Shown: positions 38,294 to 52,036 of the stretch, piece after piece
Layout of the letters: each line of letters begins with the position of its first letter
Numbering within the stretch: position 1 is the stretch's first letter
Assembly (NCBI RefSeq): GCF_963676685.1
Contig: NC_092349.1
Location: forward strand, 54,746,001 to 54,810,000
Length of the DNA: 64,000 nucleotides
Direction: 5' to 3'
Source: Mytilus edulis
Taxonomy: Eukaryota
Program-made: the position numbers and the translations under genes
Notes under the pieces: model-generated
Seen by the model: the letters and a program-made list of their open reading frames with translations, nothing else
What the model was told of the DNA's origin: nothing
The model's database searches: none

Positions 38294-38732
38294 GGTCCGA
38301 GACCACAATTGTCGTCCCTTGATTTTCGTTATAGTCCCTAGTGTTGACAGTGGGTTACTTGCCATTAACTTCTGTACCCCTTCCAAATTTATTTCTCTGT
38401 GTTTAATGCCTCAAATTGCAAGTAGGGGGTGAAATTACACTGTAAAAAAAATTGGGTCCAGAATTTTAAAGGAAAGTAGTGATTTGGTCCAGCTAAAAAA
38501 GGTTAAAAATTAGCACTTCGGAAGCTGTCAAAAGATTTCAAGACGCCCTAAACATTAAAATTGTCTATATTTTGAGTTAGAGCCGATGAAGTTTTCTATA
38601 ATTTTGATATAATTTGTCCCAAAAGTAGTACAACACACTAAAAATTTCATTGAGAAAGCGCAGTTGGGATTTCTTAAATTTTCATTTATGTTCTAAAAGA
38701 AATGCACTACGAAATAATTGTGGTCTCGGACC
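38294..38732. mobile_element. MITE
   Basis: Perfect 17-bp TIR GGTCCGAGACCACAATT/AATTGTGGTCTCGGACC; TSD not clean. Confidence 0.7.
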
Positions 38733-38767
38733 TAAGATTTGGATGAATGGGCTGACTATATTTACTC

Positions 38768-41360
38768 TTTTTAGCTCACCTGGCCCAGAAGCAAAGTGAA
38801 CTATTCTCATCACTTAGTGACCGTCGTTGTCGTCTTTTAACTGTTACAAAAATTGTCTCAACTAAAACTACGTTCTAAGCCAAACTTTACCAATCTTATT
38901 CACAATCATCATTGTGGCATCTAGTTTTTGAAAAATGTGTTTGTTCTGCAACCCGACATGGCTAAAATTAGAACAAACTGGTAACATGTAACTGGAAACT
39001 TTGTCGTGTTTGGTGATTATCTTGAATATTATTATCCGCACAGTAAGATCTACAATGAGTTAGCATGACCAAAATTATCAATTGACCCCTTAAGGAGTTA
39101 AATTTCTTGATAGGCAATTTTTTTTTATTATTTGTTTTTTTACAACAATCTTCTCTGAAAGTACTAGAGCAAATGTTACCAAACTATGCCATAACCATCA
39201 TATCCAGTTTTTAAAAATATTTCCAATGACACCGTCTGCCTCATATCCAGTTTGAATTAAGAATGTTTCCAATGACACCGTCTGCCTCATATCCAGTTTG
39301 AATTAAGAATGTTTCCAATGACACCGTCTGCCTCATATCCAGTTTAAAGAATATTTCCAATGACACCGTCTGCCTCATATCCAGTGTAAAGAATATTTCC
39401 AATGACACCGTCTGACTCCTATCCAGTGTAAAGAATATTTCCAATGACACCGTCTGCCTCCTATCCAGTGTAAAGAATATTTCCAATGACACCGTCTGCC
39501 TCCTATCCAGTGTAAAGAATATTTCCAATGACACCGTCTGCCTCCTATCCAGTTTAAAGAATATTTCCAATGACACCGTCTGCCTCCTATCAAGTGTAAA
39601 GAATATTTCCAATGACACCGTCTGCCTCCTATCCAGTGTAAAGAATATTTTCCAATGACACCGTCTGCCTCCTATCCAGTGTAAAGAATATTTCCAATGA
39701 CACCGTCTGCCACATATCCAGTGTAAAGAATATTTCCAATGACACCGTCTGCCTCATATCCAGTGTAAAGAATATTTCCAATGACACCGTCTGCCTCATA
39801 TCCAGTGTAAAGAATATTTCCAATGACACCGTCTGCCTCATATCCAGTGTAAAGAATATTTCCAATGACACCGTCTGCCTCATATCCAGTGTAAAGAATA
39901 TTTCCAATGACACCGTCTGCCTCATATCCAGTGTAAAGAATATTTCCAATGACACCGTCTGCCTCATATCCAGTGTAAAGAATATTTCCAATGACACCGT
40001 CTGCCACATATCCAGTGTAAAGAATATTTCCAATGACACCGTCTGCCAAATATCCAGTGTAAAGAATATTTCCAATGACACCGTCTGCCAAATATCCAGT
40101 GTAAAGAATATTTCCAATGACACCGTCTGCCAAATATCCAGTGTAAAGAATATTTCCAATGACACCGTCTGCCTCATATCCAGTGTAAAGAATATTTCCA
40201 ATGACACCGTCTGCCTCATATCCAGTGTAAAGAATATTTCCAATGACACCGTCTGCCTCATATCCAGTGTAAAGAATATTTCCAATGACACCGTCTGCCT
40301 CATATCCAGTGTAAAGAATATTTCCAATGACACCGTCTGCCTCATATCCAGTGTAAAGAATATTTCCAATGACACCGTCTGCCTCATATCCAGTGTAAAG
40401 AATATTTCCAATGACACCGTCTGCCTCATATCCAGTGTAAAGAATATTTCCAATGACACCGTCTGCCTCATATCCAGTGTAAAGAATATTTCCAATGACA
40501 CCGTCTGCCTCATATCCAGTGTAAAGAATATTTCCAATGACACCGTCTGCCTCATATCCAGTGTAAAGAATATTTCCAATGACACCGTCTGCCTCATATC
40601 CAGTGTAAAGAATATTTCCAATGACACCGTCTGCCTCATATCCAGTGGAAAGAATATTTCCAATGACACCGTCTGCCTCATATCCAGTGGAAAGAATATT
40701 TCCAATGACACCGTCTGCCTCATATCCAGTGGAAAGAATATTTCCAATGACACCGTCTGCCTCATATCCAGTGGAAAGAATATTTCCAATGACACCGTCT
40801 GCCTCATATCCAGTGGAAAGAATATTTCCAATGACACCGTCTGCCTCATATCCAGTGGAAAGAATATTTCCAATGACACCGTCTGCCTCATATCCAGTGT
40901 AAAGAATATTTCCAATGACACCGTCTGCCTCATATCCAGTTTAAAGAATATTTCCAATGACACCGTCTGCCTCATATCCAGTTTAAAGAATATTTTCCAA
41001 TGACACCGTCTGCCTCATATCCAGTGTAAAGAATATTTCCAATGACACCGTCTGCCTCATATCCAGTTTAAAGAATATTTCCAATGACACCGTCTGCCTC
41101 ATATCCAGTTTAAAGAATATTTCCAATGACACCGTCTGCCTCATATCCAGTTGACAGAATATTTCCAATGACACCGTCTGCCTCATATCCAGTTGACAGA
41201 ATATTTCCAATGACACCGTCTGCCTCATATCCAGTTGACAGAATATTTCCAATGACACCGTCTGCCTCATATCCAGTTGACAGAATATTTCCAATGACAC
41301 CGTCTGCCTCATATCCAGTTTAAAGAAAATGGTCGACATAGCAAACAATAGAAAATAGGA
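38768..41360 (+). mobile_element. Helentron/HINE-like non-autonomous element hosting the minisatellite
   Basis: Begins TTTTTAGCTCACCTGGCCC followed by a (GTC)n microsatellite-like tract and two diverged core repeats (about 38880 and 39175). Family assignment is from recall of bivalve repeats. Confidence 0.5.
39199..41326. repeat. 42-bp minisatellite, about 50 copies
   Basis: Unit CATATCCAGTGTAAAGAATATTTCCAATGACACCGTCTGCCT; variants occur in contiguous blocks. Confidence 0.97.
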
Positions 41361-41368
41361 ATAGACTA

Positions 41369-41545
41369 TAAAATTGAGAATGGAAATGGGGAATGTGTCA
41401 AAGAGACAACAACCCGACCAAATAAAAACAAAAGCAGAGGGTCACCAACAGGTCTTCAATGTAGCGAGAAATTCCCGCACCCGGAGGCGTCCTTCAGCTG
41501 GCCCCTAAACAAATATATACTAGTCCAGTGATAATGAACGCCATG
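41369..41545 (+). repeat. Short interspersed repeat (same family as 6466-6545 and 19432-19530)
   Basis: AATTGAGAATGGAAATGGGGAATGTGTCAAAGAGACAACAACCCGACC..GGTCTTCAATGTAGCGAGAAATTCCCGCACCCGGAGGCG. Confidence 0.7.
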
Positions 41546-42802
41546 CAGTTTTTACTCATATTTCTAAAACTAGCCGGTTTTGGGGTTGCTGCACTTGAAT
41601 TTGTAATTTTAATGGTAATTTGGCAGTTTCTGGTTATTACATGTATCTTGAATATTAGTATATATATAGAGACAAACTGTGCCTGTCCTAAGTCAGGAGC
41701 CTGTTATTCAGTGAATGTCGTTTGTTCATGTGTTACATATTTGTTTTCTCGTTTGAATTGTTTTAAAACATATCTTTGTCATTTCGGAGCCTTTTATAGC
41801 TGACTTTGCCTTGCAGCAGACCACCATCTGACCCTTAGTAATTGTGTACAAATACAAATGGGAATTTATTTTGGTATTGGGATTTCATAGAACTATTAGT
41901 AATCTTTTTTTTTTTTTTTTTTAAAGTAATGCGTCATTGGCTTTGCTCATTTTTGAAGGCCGTACGGTGACCAATAGTTCTAAATTGCTGTTTGACGTGG
42001 TTTCTTGTCGAGAGTTGTCTCATTGAAAATCATACCGCATCTTCTTATTTGTATGTTTATGTTTCAATTGGATGAAAAGGCAGGTGTTTGTTACGACCAC
42101 CCAATAAATCAAACTTAAACAATGTTTTGTCTTCAATTGGTCGAGATAAATGTTATTTTATATACATGTACATGTAATAGTCACATACATGTATGTCCCA
42201 AAACTTTATTCTAAAAAGATTTTGACAGTTTAGAACATTAAGCATTTTTTATATAAATGTTAGGCAGTTTGTTATGATGTATAATTGTTCATGTTTCCTC
42301 AGACCTGCTAGCAAATATAATATTTATACTCGACTTATCAATGAAGACACATTTGCAATCGTTATCTGCGTTCACTGATCCCCCAAATTGTCAAGAAGTA
42401 AATGTTACTCTGTCTTTTTTGTCACCATGAAGTAAGTGTTAAAGGGTTTTTTTTTTTTTTTTTTTGTCATAACGTTTTTAGCCTCATTTCGACTCGGTAG
42501 TTATGTCTAATATTACACCTCTTTTTCGTAAATCGTACGGTGACATTTAATGTTTTGTGGACTCAAAATTTGAAACTGTGGAAAAAGAATAAATCATGGC
42601 ATAAGGGAAAGAAGTCATGATTCAAGTTTAAAATATACTCAGTATTTTTTACTTGAACCCCATCAACCGACGACAGGAAGCAGAACAATATGTGTGTGAA
42701 GTTTCTTTACATTTATTTCGGCCCTTTAATTTCTCTATGCCCTATGCCAGGACCATTAGAAATTAAAACACATAATGTATGTACACTGTTATATTTCATT
42801 TA

Positions 42803-43867
42803 TTAGAAAACCCTAAAACCAGAATAAGAAGACCAGAAATCAGTTAGTTGTTTTGCAGCATGTCCATGCGCTGCAACATTGGCTACGTCGCCTTTCTTGA
42901 GTTCCACTACAACGGTCTTAGTTGCTGGATGATAATCGCTGTCGTTGTAAGCGCTGGCACGATTTCCTGCAACAACTTTACCGTTGACTACAAAATCAGT
43001 CTCAAAACTGCTGTTTGGTGGAGTCAATGCTGTCCAAGTAAAGCTATATACACCATTCTCAGGACAAGTAAACAATCCGTTTAAAGGGTTGTAAGCCTTT
43101 CCAATGTTAAGAACAACTCTGTCAAATACTACAACCGCTTTTGGACTCAAATTTCGCAATTTCGTACCAAGATTAGCATGAAATGCAACATTTTTTTTGC
43201 GAGGACCTCTGAATTCACACGCGTGATCTGCAATGAAAAACAAGATTAAAAATACTTTTCTTCTTTTGTTTTTTTCACTCAATTCTTCCTTCTCAGATAA
43301 TCAATAAAAACCAGGTGTACCTTTTGGCCGATCCAATTCAATTCATATGATAATTGCGCTGGAACTTTTCTATAATACTTTCAGTTCTGCGTTAATTAAA
43401 TCAGTTTTCAGTTTAATACGAAAAATATCTCTTTTAAATTTGTGAATATAGATAAAAAGCCATACACGCAACGACTATATGCCACTAACTTGACTACATG
43501 TATACTATGTCACTTACTTTACTTTAACAGTATATGTCACTTAATTGACTACATGTACATGTCACTGATTTGATTACATGCATGTATAAGCTACTTACTT
43601 GACTACATGTAAGTCATCTCGTGTGCGAGAAACAATTTTACACGGTTTACAACACAATGAGCATACATAAAATAATTTACTGTTAACAACATGTTAGTTT
43701 TAATTTACAGAAACCTCACCATGTTCTCTTTGTTCAATTTCTTCTAAACGATGTTTCACATTTTCAAGAAGTTCTTTTATGCTTAATTTATGACTATCGC
43801 AACTCTTTTCCGAAGCACTAACAGAGAATAGGAACATGGCAATCACAAGTAACCATGTTGTCTTCAT
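42803..43867 (-). CDS. Secreted C1q-domain-containing protein (C1qDC), 2 exons, 190 aa
   Basis: Exon 1 (43867-43720) encodes signal peptide MKTTWLLVIAMFLFSVSA plus a short coiled coil. Phase-1 GT-AG intron. Exon 2 (43227-42803) has gC1q motifs VAFHA, VVFDRVVLNIGKAYNPLNGLFTCPENGVYSF, VELKKGD, SSYSGF. Confidence 0.92.
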
Positions 43868-44649
43868 CCTAAAGGATTAAAAGAGATGATGGATTTAGTA
43901 ATAATATGTATTTAGTAAGATTGAAGTCGGTTTTAGCTAGATTATAGATACGGATGCTTTACAACTTATTAGTTATAATGTATAGACGCGTACAAATGTA
44001 CGTTAAGCACGTTATTGCGTCAATATCGTGTAATCAACCAGTCCACATTAATAAACAGATTTTCTATAACATCATAACAGTTAAGTTATATAAAATTTAT
44101 ATCCACAGACTAGACAGGTAAATACTATTCCGAAAAAAACTACAAATTGTTTTATCATATTTTACAATAGTCTAAAATAAGGACAGCATATTGACAAAAC
44201 GTCAAAAATATGCGTGTCAGACGTAACAGACTATACACATAATTACCTTAGCAGGGGTGTTTGTGTTCTTGAAAACATTGTTATATCCGCGAAAATTCGA
44301 ATTGATGATGTGCTTTATTATTAAATTATTACAATATTGCTAAATATGCGTTCCTGTAACTACCAACGCTATTTTTTGGCAAAAACAATTAGTGTACATT
44401 TTGGTCAGATTTAGGAAATTAAATGTTAAGTTATCAAAATTTATAGGTTTTAAAATATAAGATTATATGAAATTTCGTTTCTGTAAATCATGATCACAAA
44501 GGTACATAGAAAGACCATATCAAAATCGAATTTTTGATGTGAAATTAAACTCTTTAAATAATCGACTCTTTCCTATTCCGTCACCACACTAAAATAAGAA
44601 CTAAGCTTAATTAAATTAAATTTCCAAACACAAACTCTATTTTAATAAG

Positions 44650-47380
44650 CATTTTTTATCGTCCACCGAGTTCATTTCAATCTTGGATTGATTCAGCTGA
44701 AAAAGAAATAGATAAAGCGTCTGCAGAATACAAAGAAATTATACTCTTAGGAGATTTTAATATAAACTTTTCACATATAAATCATACAGTTGTCGGAAAT
44801 CAAAAATGGAAGGACTGTATTAATTTGTATGGTTTACAACAAATTGTACATAAACCGACACGAGTAACAGATAAATGTGCAACTACCATAGACCATATAT
44901 ATACATGTACGACCGATGTAGACCATATTATAGAAGTAAAGGTGCCTAGTTATGCTGTCAGTGATCATTATCCTGTTTGCGTAACAAAAAAACTTAACCC
45001 CAAAATAACAAAAATGGAGCATTTGTCCATAGAATATAGATCATTCAAACAATTTGATAAAAATAAATTTATTGAAAATTTAACAAATACTCCTTTTTAT
45101 CTCATTGAATCGATTGGAGAAGTTGATGAAGCAGCTAATTATTGGTATAATTTATTTCTGAGCACCCTAGACAAACATGCTCCTAAGAAAATTAAAAGGG
45201 TGAAAAATACCCAACAACCAGAGTGGTGGACTTCTGATATAAATATCGCTAGACACCAAAGAGATTATTTTCAAAGAATTGGTGATATAATTATATAATT
45301 ATAAAATTTGGCGTAATAAGGTTACATTTTTAGTAGAACAGGCAAAGAAAAAATATTTCCAAAATGCTATTTCAAATTGTAAAGATAGTAAAACTATTTG
45401 GAAGTATGTCAAAAGTCTAAATCCTAAAAAAAGTACATAATAATATCACGCATTTAGAATATAAAAATAGTGTAATTCAAAATGATGTTGATATAGCAAA
45501 TACATTTAATGTGCATTTCACAAATATTGCTGAAAGTATAGTTGATGACAAATTATGTAATAATGATGATGGTGCCAGATTTGATGCATTCAATAAATTT
45601 GTAAAATCAAAGTTACAAACGGGTAGTGAAAAATTCATTATACCAGAAATGAGTATTTTAGATGTAAACATGTATTTAAAAAAAACTTGACAAGTCTAAA
45701 GCAACTGGTTTAGATGATGTCGGACCAAATATTTTGAGTATGTGCAGCGATGTCATTGCACCAGCCTTGACATATATATTTAATCTAAGCATCAAAAGTG
45801 GTAAATTTCCAAGTATTTTTAAAACTGCAAGAGTTTGCCCAATTTTTAAAAGTGGCGATGCCTGTAATCCTGATAATTATAGACCAATAGCAGTTTTGCC
45901 ATGTCTCTCAAAAATCATAGAACGACATATAGCTAATAGTTTGTATATATTTTTAAATAGTAATGACCTTCTTAATACTACACAGTCAGGTTTTAGACCT
46001 AAACATTCGTATACTACTGCACTTACTAAATTAGTAGATGAATGGTTGGCAAATATAGATAATGGAGAGATAAACGGAGTTATATTTTTAGATTTAAAGA
46101 AAGCTTTTGAGCTGGTTAATCATATAATTTTATTGAAAAAACTTGAATATTATAATGTTTCAAATTGTACACTAGACTGGTTTAAGTCATACTTGTTTGA
46201 ACGAAGCCAACAAGTTAAGGTCAATAACGTCATGTCTAATACTAAATGCATAAAAACTGGGGTACCACAAGGTTCTATCCTGGGCCCTCTGTTATTTATT
46301 TTATATATCAATGATTTACCACTTAATATAGAACATTCATTAATAGATTTATATGCAGATGTAAAGGTAATAATTTACTTCAGTTAACTTCTAACCTTCA
46401 AAATGATATTCATGTAATTGAAAACTGGTGTTCGCAAAATTGTATGAAATTAAATGTCAAAAAGTGTAAATCAATGATTGTTGGTTCAAAACAAAGACTT
46501 TGTTCAACTGGAAACAGTTTAGATATCAATATTTCAAATGAACAAATAGAAAATGTAGATTGTGAAAAACTTCTTGGTTTATATATTGACAAAAACCTAA
46601 ATTGGAATCAGCAAATAGATAAAATGTCATGTACTATATCAAACAGAATCAATTTATTACAAAAGATAAGAAAATATTTACCTATGCATATACGTATTAT
46701 CTATTTTGATGCTTATATTCTGCCATTATTTGATTATTGTTGCAATATATATGGGGAAGCTGTTGTGAAAGTGGAATAAATAAACTTAATAAGTTATTAA
46801 AGAAATCTGCTAGGGTTATAGTAGAAGCTGACATAATGACATCATCCAGTTTATTGTTTTATAGTTTACGCAGCTGGTTAAATATGGAAAAACGCATTCA
46901 ATACCAAAAGGCAATACTTGTATCCAAAAGGCAATACTTGTATTTAAATCATTAAATGGTATGGTTCCTAACTATTTACAAGAAAATTTTCATTTTACTG
47001 ATAATCAAATTTATAACTTACGTTCAGCTGATGAGAAACTATTAAATCTTCCAAAACCAAAAACATTTTTTTTTAAAGAAAACATTTACATATTCAGGTT
47101 CTCAAATATGGAACAGTTTACCAAATGAAATAAAAATGAGTAATACTCTTGTATCTTTTAAAACAAATTGTTACAAATTTTTCATCAATTGTGCAAATTA
47201 ATATGCATTTTCATTATTATTTAAATACAATTGTATATTGTGTATAATATAACTTTATAATACTCTATGTACTTATAAATATGTTATTATTATTTTGAGG
47301 ACTCTCAGGAAGATTAGTTTTAACTAATGGGATCATCCTCTGGAAATAAAGATTATTTATTTATTTATTTATTTTATTTA
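44650..47380 (+). mobile_element. 5'-truncated, degenerate LINE (CR1/L2 group)
   Basis: APE motifs YRPP, LGDFN, TIDH, SDHYP; RT motifs NYRPI, QSGFR, FLDLKKAF, GVPQGSILGP, LYAD; several frameshifts and stops; AATAAA plus (ATTT)n tail at 47345-47380. Confidence 0.9.
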
Positions 47381-48079
47381 ATTGAATAATTAATTTGTTT
47401 GCATAAGGTCTATCTTTATCCGACGCGGTGATTGATTCTATAAAACATCGGTCATGTTAATTTTTTAACCCTGAAACTCAAGCAAACGTGGATATCATAA
47501 CGATGGACCTGAAAGCCTGGATGTTTTTTTTTAATCGGTAAACAGCAGGCTGGACAAAGTTTAATTGCTTAGAAACAAATTTGAAGACATAATACAAAAA
47601 TTATTATGACTGTCGTCAAAATTAATATCATAAAACAAAAGTACATCAGTAAAATCTTAAAACTGTAATGAAAATAATTTACATTGATTGTAATTAATTT
47701 ATAAAAAATAATATAATTTTACCAACCTGTTTGCTTCCGGAACTATTTATATGGAGATTTTGATCGAGTCTCAGTGTATGTGGCTGTGTAAAGGTACATG
47801 TATGCACTATAATACAAAATGATTTGCAAAGTGAAATAGTATAACTTTGACATTACAAATATCTTGTCAAATTCGAAACTTGTCACGGAATAGGCTAATT
47901 AAGGGAATGTACCATACTTGTAATAAACTTGGTATTATATTTTTTTTTAAACGGGCATTCTCTCCCCCTCACAATTACATAACGTTATATGTTATTAATA
48001 TAATGTTTCATCACAAAATGCGGTTACTTGGCAACTTTTAATTACATTTTGACATTTGTAAATGTTTTATAATATCTAA

Positions 48080-49017
48080 AGCTGGGGTCACACATTCCCG
48101 ATTTTTACTGCCACCCTTGACAGGATCATTCCCGATTAAAATGTATTAAAAGTCTGATCAAGTCTTAGATCCTGTGAATCGTGGATGGAAATTCAAACTT
48201 TAATTAAAATTTGTAAAAAAAATAATTTAATCACGACAACAATCAGATATTGTTCAGGAAGCGTCGATATTTAACCGTTTCCAAGCGAATTTATCCCGAT
48301 AATCCCGTTCTGAATCCGCTTGTAATCCGATTTGTATTTTTCGCCAGGTAAAATTCGACCGAGTCTGTCACGATGCGTCCCGATTCTACCGAATGTAAAC
48401 TGTCGGCATATTCGGGATGATCAGGTACTGTCGGAACGTAATCCTACCACGGTCCGCTCTATCGCATTGTAAACGGCTTTGTCTGATCTCAGTCATATTG
48501 TATTCTGTAATTGTCGGGACTCTGACGTGGGTATCATTGACGAATTTCGAATCAATAACGAGACTGTTCGGAACGGTTTTGCAAAAACGGTTCGCAATCG
48601 ACAAGATCTGGATGCAATCTGGACTCAATCGACAGAAAAACAGCCATGAAAAATTCCTCCAGATCTTTCCCGTTCCACAGAACACCGTCCAGAATACACA
48701 GAACATTGTTCAGAATTCGATCCGATACAGCAGAATTTGTCACGACATAGCCACGATTGTAATCCGACTAGACAGAATCGACTGAGTTTCCCCGAATGTT
48801 ACGGGACGCACCTAACTGTCGGTGTGCTTTGTCGAACTATTCGGACCCTTCCCGACCCGTAGGAATCTGCTACGAACTAAAACGACTGCGTTAAGACAAT
48901 GATAGGACGTTCCAGATACATTTAATTGAGGATACTAATCCGACTTGTTCACTTTTCGTGTCGTATCGCTATCTGATCTCAAACGGGAGCAATAATCGGC
49001 AATGTGTGAACCCCGCA
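48080..49017. mobile_element. PIF/Harbinger-like MITE A (CpG-rich)
   Basis: TIR AGCTGGGGTCACACATTCCCGATT / AATCGGCAATGTGTGAACCCCGCA, TAA on both sides. Confidence 0.7.
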
Positions 49018-49020
49018 TAA

Positions 49021-50606
49021 TACCGCAGTTCCACTAGGCCACGATCGCACTACGATCTGTGAAAAAATGCAAATGTTGTTGATCGTAGTACGATCTTGTA
49101 GATCGCAGTAATGTCGTACCAGGGTTATGGTGAGGTCTTCAAGATCGTGATGAGCGTGGCCAACTTTGAATATGTTCAAAACAATCGTGGTGCGATCGTG
49201 GCGAAAGCAGGTCGTAGTAGAAGCGTAGTGAGAGCTCACTAAGATCGTAGTCAGATCGCAAAGGTCGCTATACCATCTTAGCGACAGCGTGGTTCTGTGC
49301 GGAGAGACTGCGCTACGATCTCACAGCGAGATTATAACGACCTGACTACGATCATTACGTTCTTACCGCGACCCAACTACGACTATATCACTCTGTTCAC
49401 GACCATAGTACGATTCTAGAACGCACTTGCCGTCCTCATCACGCTCTTCTCACGACCTGAATACGTTCATACTACGACCCTCATTGTTATTGTCATTTTC
49501 ACATAAAATATACAAAAAGCTCTCAAGAATTTGTTTGTCTGTATGTAATTATTCATTTGCTCTAACGGCTTTTCATTTTCATATAGAATGGAGCGTTGGT
49601 TTTCTCGTTTGAATGGTTTTTACACTTGTATTAATTTAATAAAGTAAGGGACATAGTGAATGATAGTCATTACTTAATTCACATAGTATTTTTTTTTGAT
49701 TGACCCCTTTCTTAACTTATTGAGGAAAAAAAAATATTGACCAATCAAGATAAATGTAAAAATCAATGTCGAGTAAACGAACGAAACTTGCAGTTTACCC
49801 CCCCCCCCCCCCTTTCCCCAACTATTTGATTTAAGTTTATTTTATCCTACATTGATCTTTTGATGTCAACCCTAAGATCACGATATGAACGTAGTATAAT
49901 CGTGGTAAGAACGTGCTATAATCGAAGAAGAAGCGTGGTAAGATCGTGTTGCAATCGGATAACTCGTGGCATGCTCTTAGTGAGAACGTGAAGAGCGTAA
50001 AAAGATCTTGAGAAGCGTAGTGAGGTCGCAAAATAAGCGCGATGAGAACGTGGTATGGTCGTAACGGGATCGTTGTAGACTTAAGGATGTATTTGTATCG
50101 TGAAAGCAACCAATCTAATTAAAAACCGATCTCTCATCGCTCCCGTTTTCTGGGAGATCTAACGCAATCGGCTTTGAGGTCACATGTGAGTGAACTAAAA
50201 GTAATGAATTTATAAAGATATGCAAATGAGTTGACGACCTATTATTAAACCAATCAAAAAAGTTTATGAATTATTTTGAATGACGATTTCGTCGTAAATA
50301 AAATGAGTTACACCCCTTTGCCTTACCATGCTTACGTTAAACTTTCAAGATCGTGGAAGACTCAATTTTGTTGGTCGAAAAAGACACACCTACGAGGTCA
50401 CTCACATGTGACCTCAAAGCGGGTTTTGTTAGATCTCCCACGCGACATATCAGAAACAGGAGCGATGAGAGATTGGTTTTTAATTAGATTGGAAAGCTAC
50501 GAACATTTACATTTTCATGCCGATCATACTGCGACCTTACCACGATGTGAATTTATTCTACATCGCGGTGAGCGTGGTGCAATCGTGGTCTTGTGGGACT
50601 TGGGCT
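49021..50606. mobile_element. PIF/Harbinger-like MITE B with nested insertions
   Basis: Imperfect TIR CAGTTCCACTAGGCCACGATCGCACTACG / CGTGGTGCAATCGTGGTCTTGTGGGACTTG, TAA flanks, many ACGAT/ATCGT motifs; interrupted by other repeats. Confidence 0.6.
50110..50492. mobile_element. Foldback MITE with long TIRs nested in MITE B
   Basis: CCAATCTAATTAAAAACC..TCTCATCGCTCC..GGGAGATCTAAC..TTTGAGGTCACATGTGAGTGA mirrored at the other end; imperfect 7-bp flank duplication AAAGC(A/T)A. Confidence 0.75.
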
Positions 50607-50946
50607 TAAAATGTAAAGGGTTTAATAAATGTTTGTACATAAACGATTTATTTCATTATTTTCATATTGACTTTATTACAAATGAAACAGCTTTGGACCA
50701 CATTTTATACTGAAAACACTGGTAGACAAATTATACAACAGTAAGGAGGTATATACCATATACTAGTACTTGTTTTGTAGACTTCCACTAATCGTTTGAT
50801 AGTTTTTAATAAGTTTTACTGGTACTCTATTTAATTATATCAGTCATGTCAGATGTGTAAATGTATGTCAATAGTAAAAAGCATGCGAGTTTCTCTCTCT
50901 TATTTTTAGAACATTCAATAATAAAATTAACGGTACAAATTGTCTT

Positions 50947-50990
50947 GCACCAGATACACATTTCGACAATACATGTCTCTTCAGTGATGC
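50947..50990 (-). ncRNA. Minimal type I hammerhead ribozyme, second family
   Basis: Minus strand reads GCATCA CTGAAGA GACA-tgtat-TGTC GAAA TGTGTA TC TGGTGC. Confidence 0.75.
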
Positions 50991-52036
50991 TCGTGGCCAA
51001 TAAGGTGTAAGCTAAGGAGACCTGCCGAGCCCTGCCGTGTTTAAATTACTAGTAGTTTCGTGATTGCTAATCATCTTTATTTACCACACCTTAAAATACA
51101 GATACATGTAGAATACATAGAATAGCACTAGTAAGTGTGGACCAAAAGGCATTTTACAACTCGCCAAATATTGTGCAAGAAATATGAATTTACACAAAAT
51201 CTTTTTTTTAACTCTTTAATTTTTTTATATATGTATACATACAATGTAGAAGGATACTAAAATTTGATCACACAAACTGAAATGTAATTCATCCTCAATT
51301 TCATCAGAACATAAACTACAGATTTTAATCTTAATTTTTGTCTTGAAATTAGAGAGTAACTTCCAACTTCTTTAGCTAATTAAAATTGGAACTACTTTGT
51401 CTTATTTAAATGAACTGCATTTTACCCCTATAAATGCTTGATAAATCTAGTTTTTAGCAAAGTTAACTGTTCTACCAGCTGAGAACATAACTGATTTTGT
51501 TATGTCTTTCCCCTTTTTTGTCTTCAATTTTGACATATATTGTTAATGTTTAATCTCTATAACTTTTCCACTCTAAATGGTGCCTACAGTGTTGTTTAGA
51601 GAACCCCGGAACCCTTTTTTGAAAATCTTGGATCTGCAATTGAAATGCATGACGCATATGCGCGCAACCATCGAGGTTGTAAATATTTGATATAAATTGC
51701 ATCACATGTACAAGAGAACGACACATGAGAAAATGTGGTATTAAAAATACTGGCTGTAAATTCAGAAACTATTGCGTGCATTTATATATTAAATACTAAA
51801 ATGCGATTTTAATTTTTGCGATATTGAGAAAAAAAAGTTCAATTCACTTAAAAAACAAATGTGAGTTTAACATATTGCGTTTATAACCCTGTCGCATTTT
51901 TCGCAATAATTAAAACATCGCAATAATTTCTGAATTTACAGCACCTTGAAATATTTTGATAAAGTTGCACATATATTTAGCGATTTAAAAACGAATACTC
52001 TGCTGTAGACTTAATTGAATAGCATGTCACTATTTG

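Noticed and set aside
39241-41348. Long repetitive ORFs (e.g. 448 aa of LDMRQTVSLEIFFT) and a superficially CRISPR-like array
   Set aside because: By-products of a 42-bp unit that is a multiple of 3. Frames are broken by 1-bp indels, and there are no unique spacers or cas genes.
47028-47045. CTGATGAG-AAAC resembling a hammerhead core (also CTGATGA at about 19396)
   Set aside because: No stem II or stem I/III pairing around the motif.
48386-50713. Several 60-145 aa ORFs, repeated at 53259-55398
   Set aside because: They lie within CpG-rich MITEs, show no domain motifs, and recur only because of the duplication.
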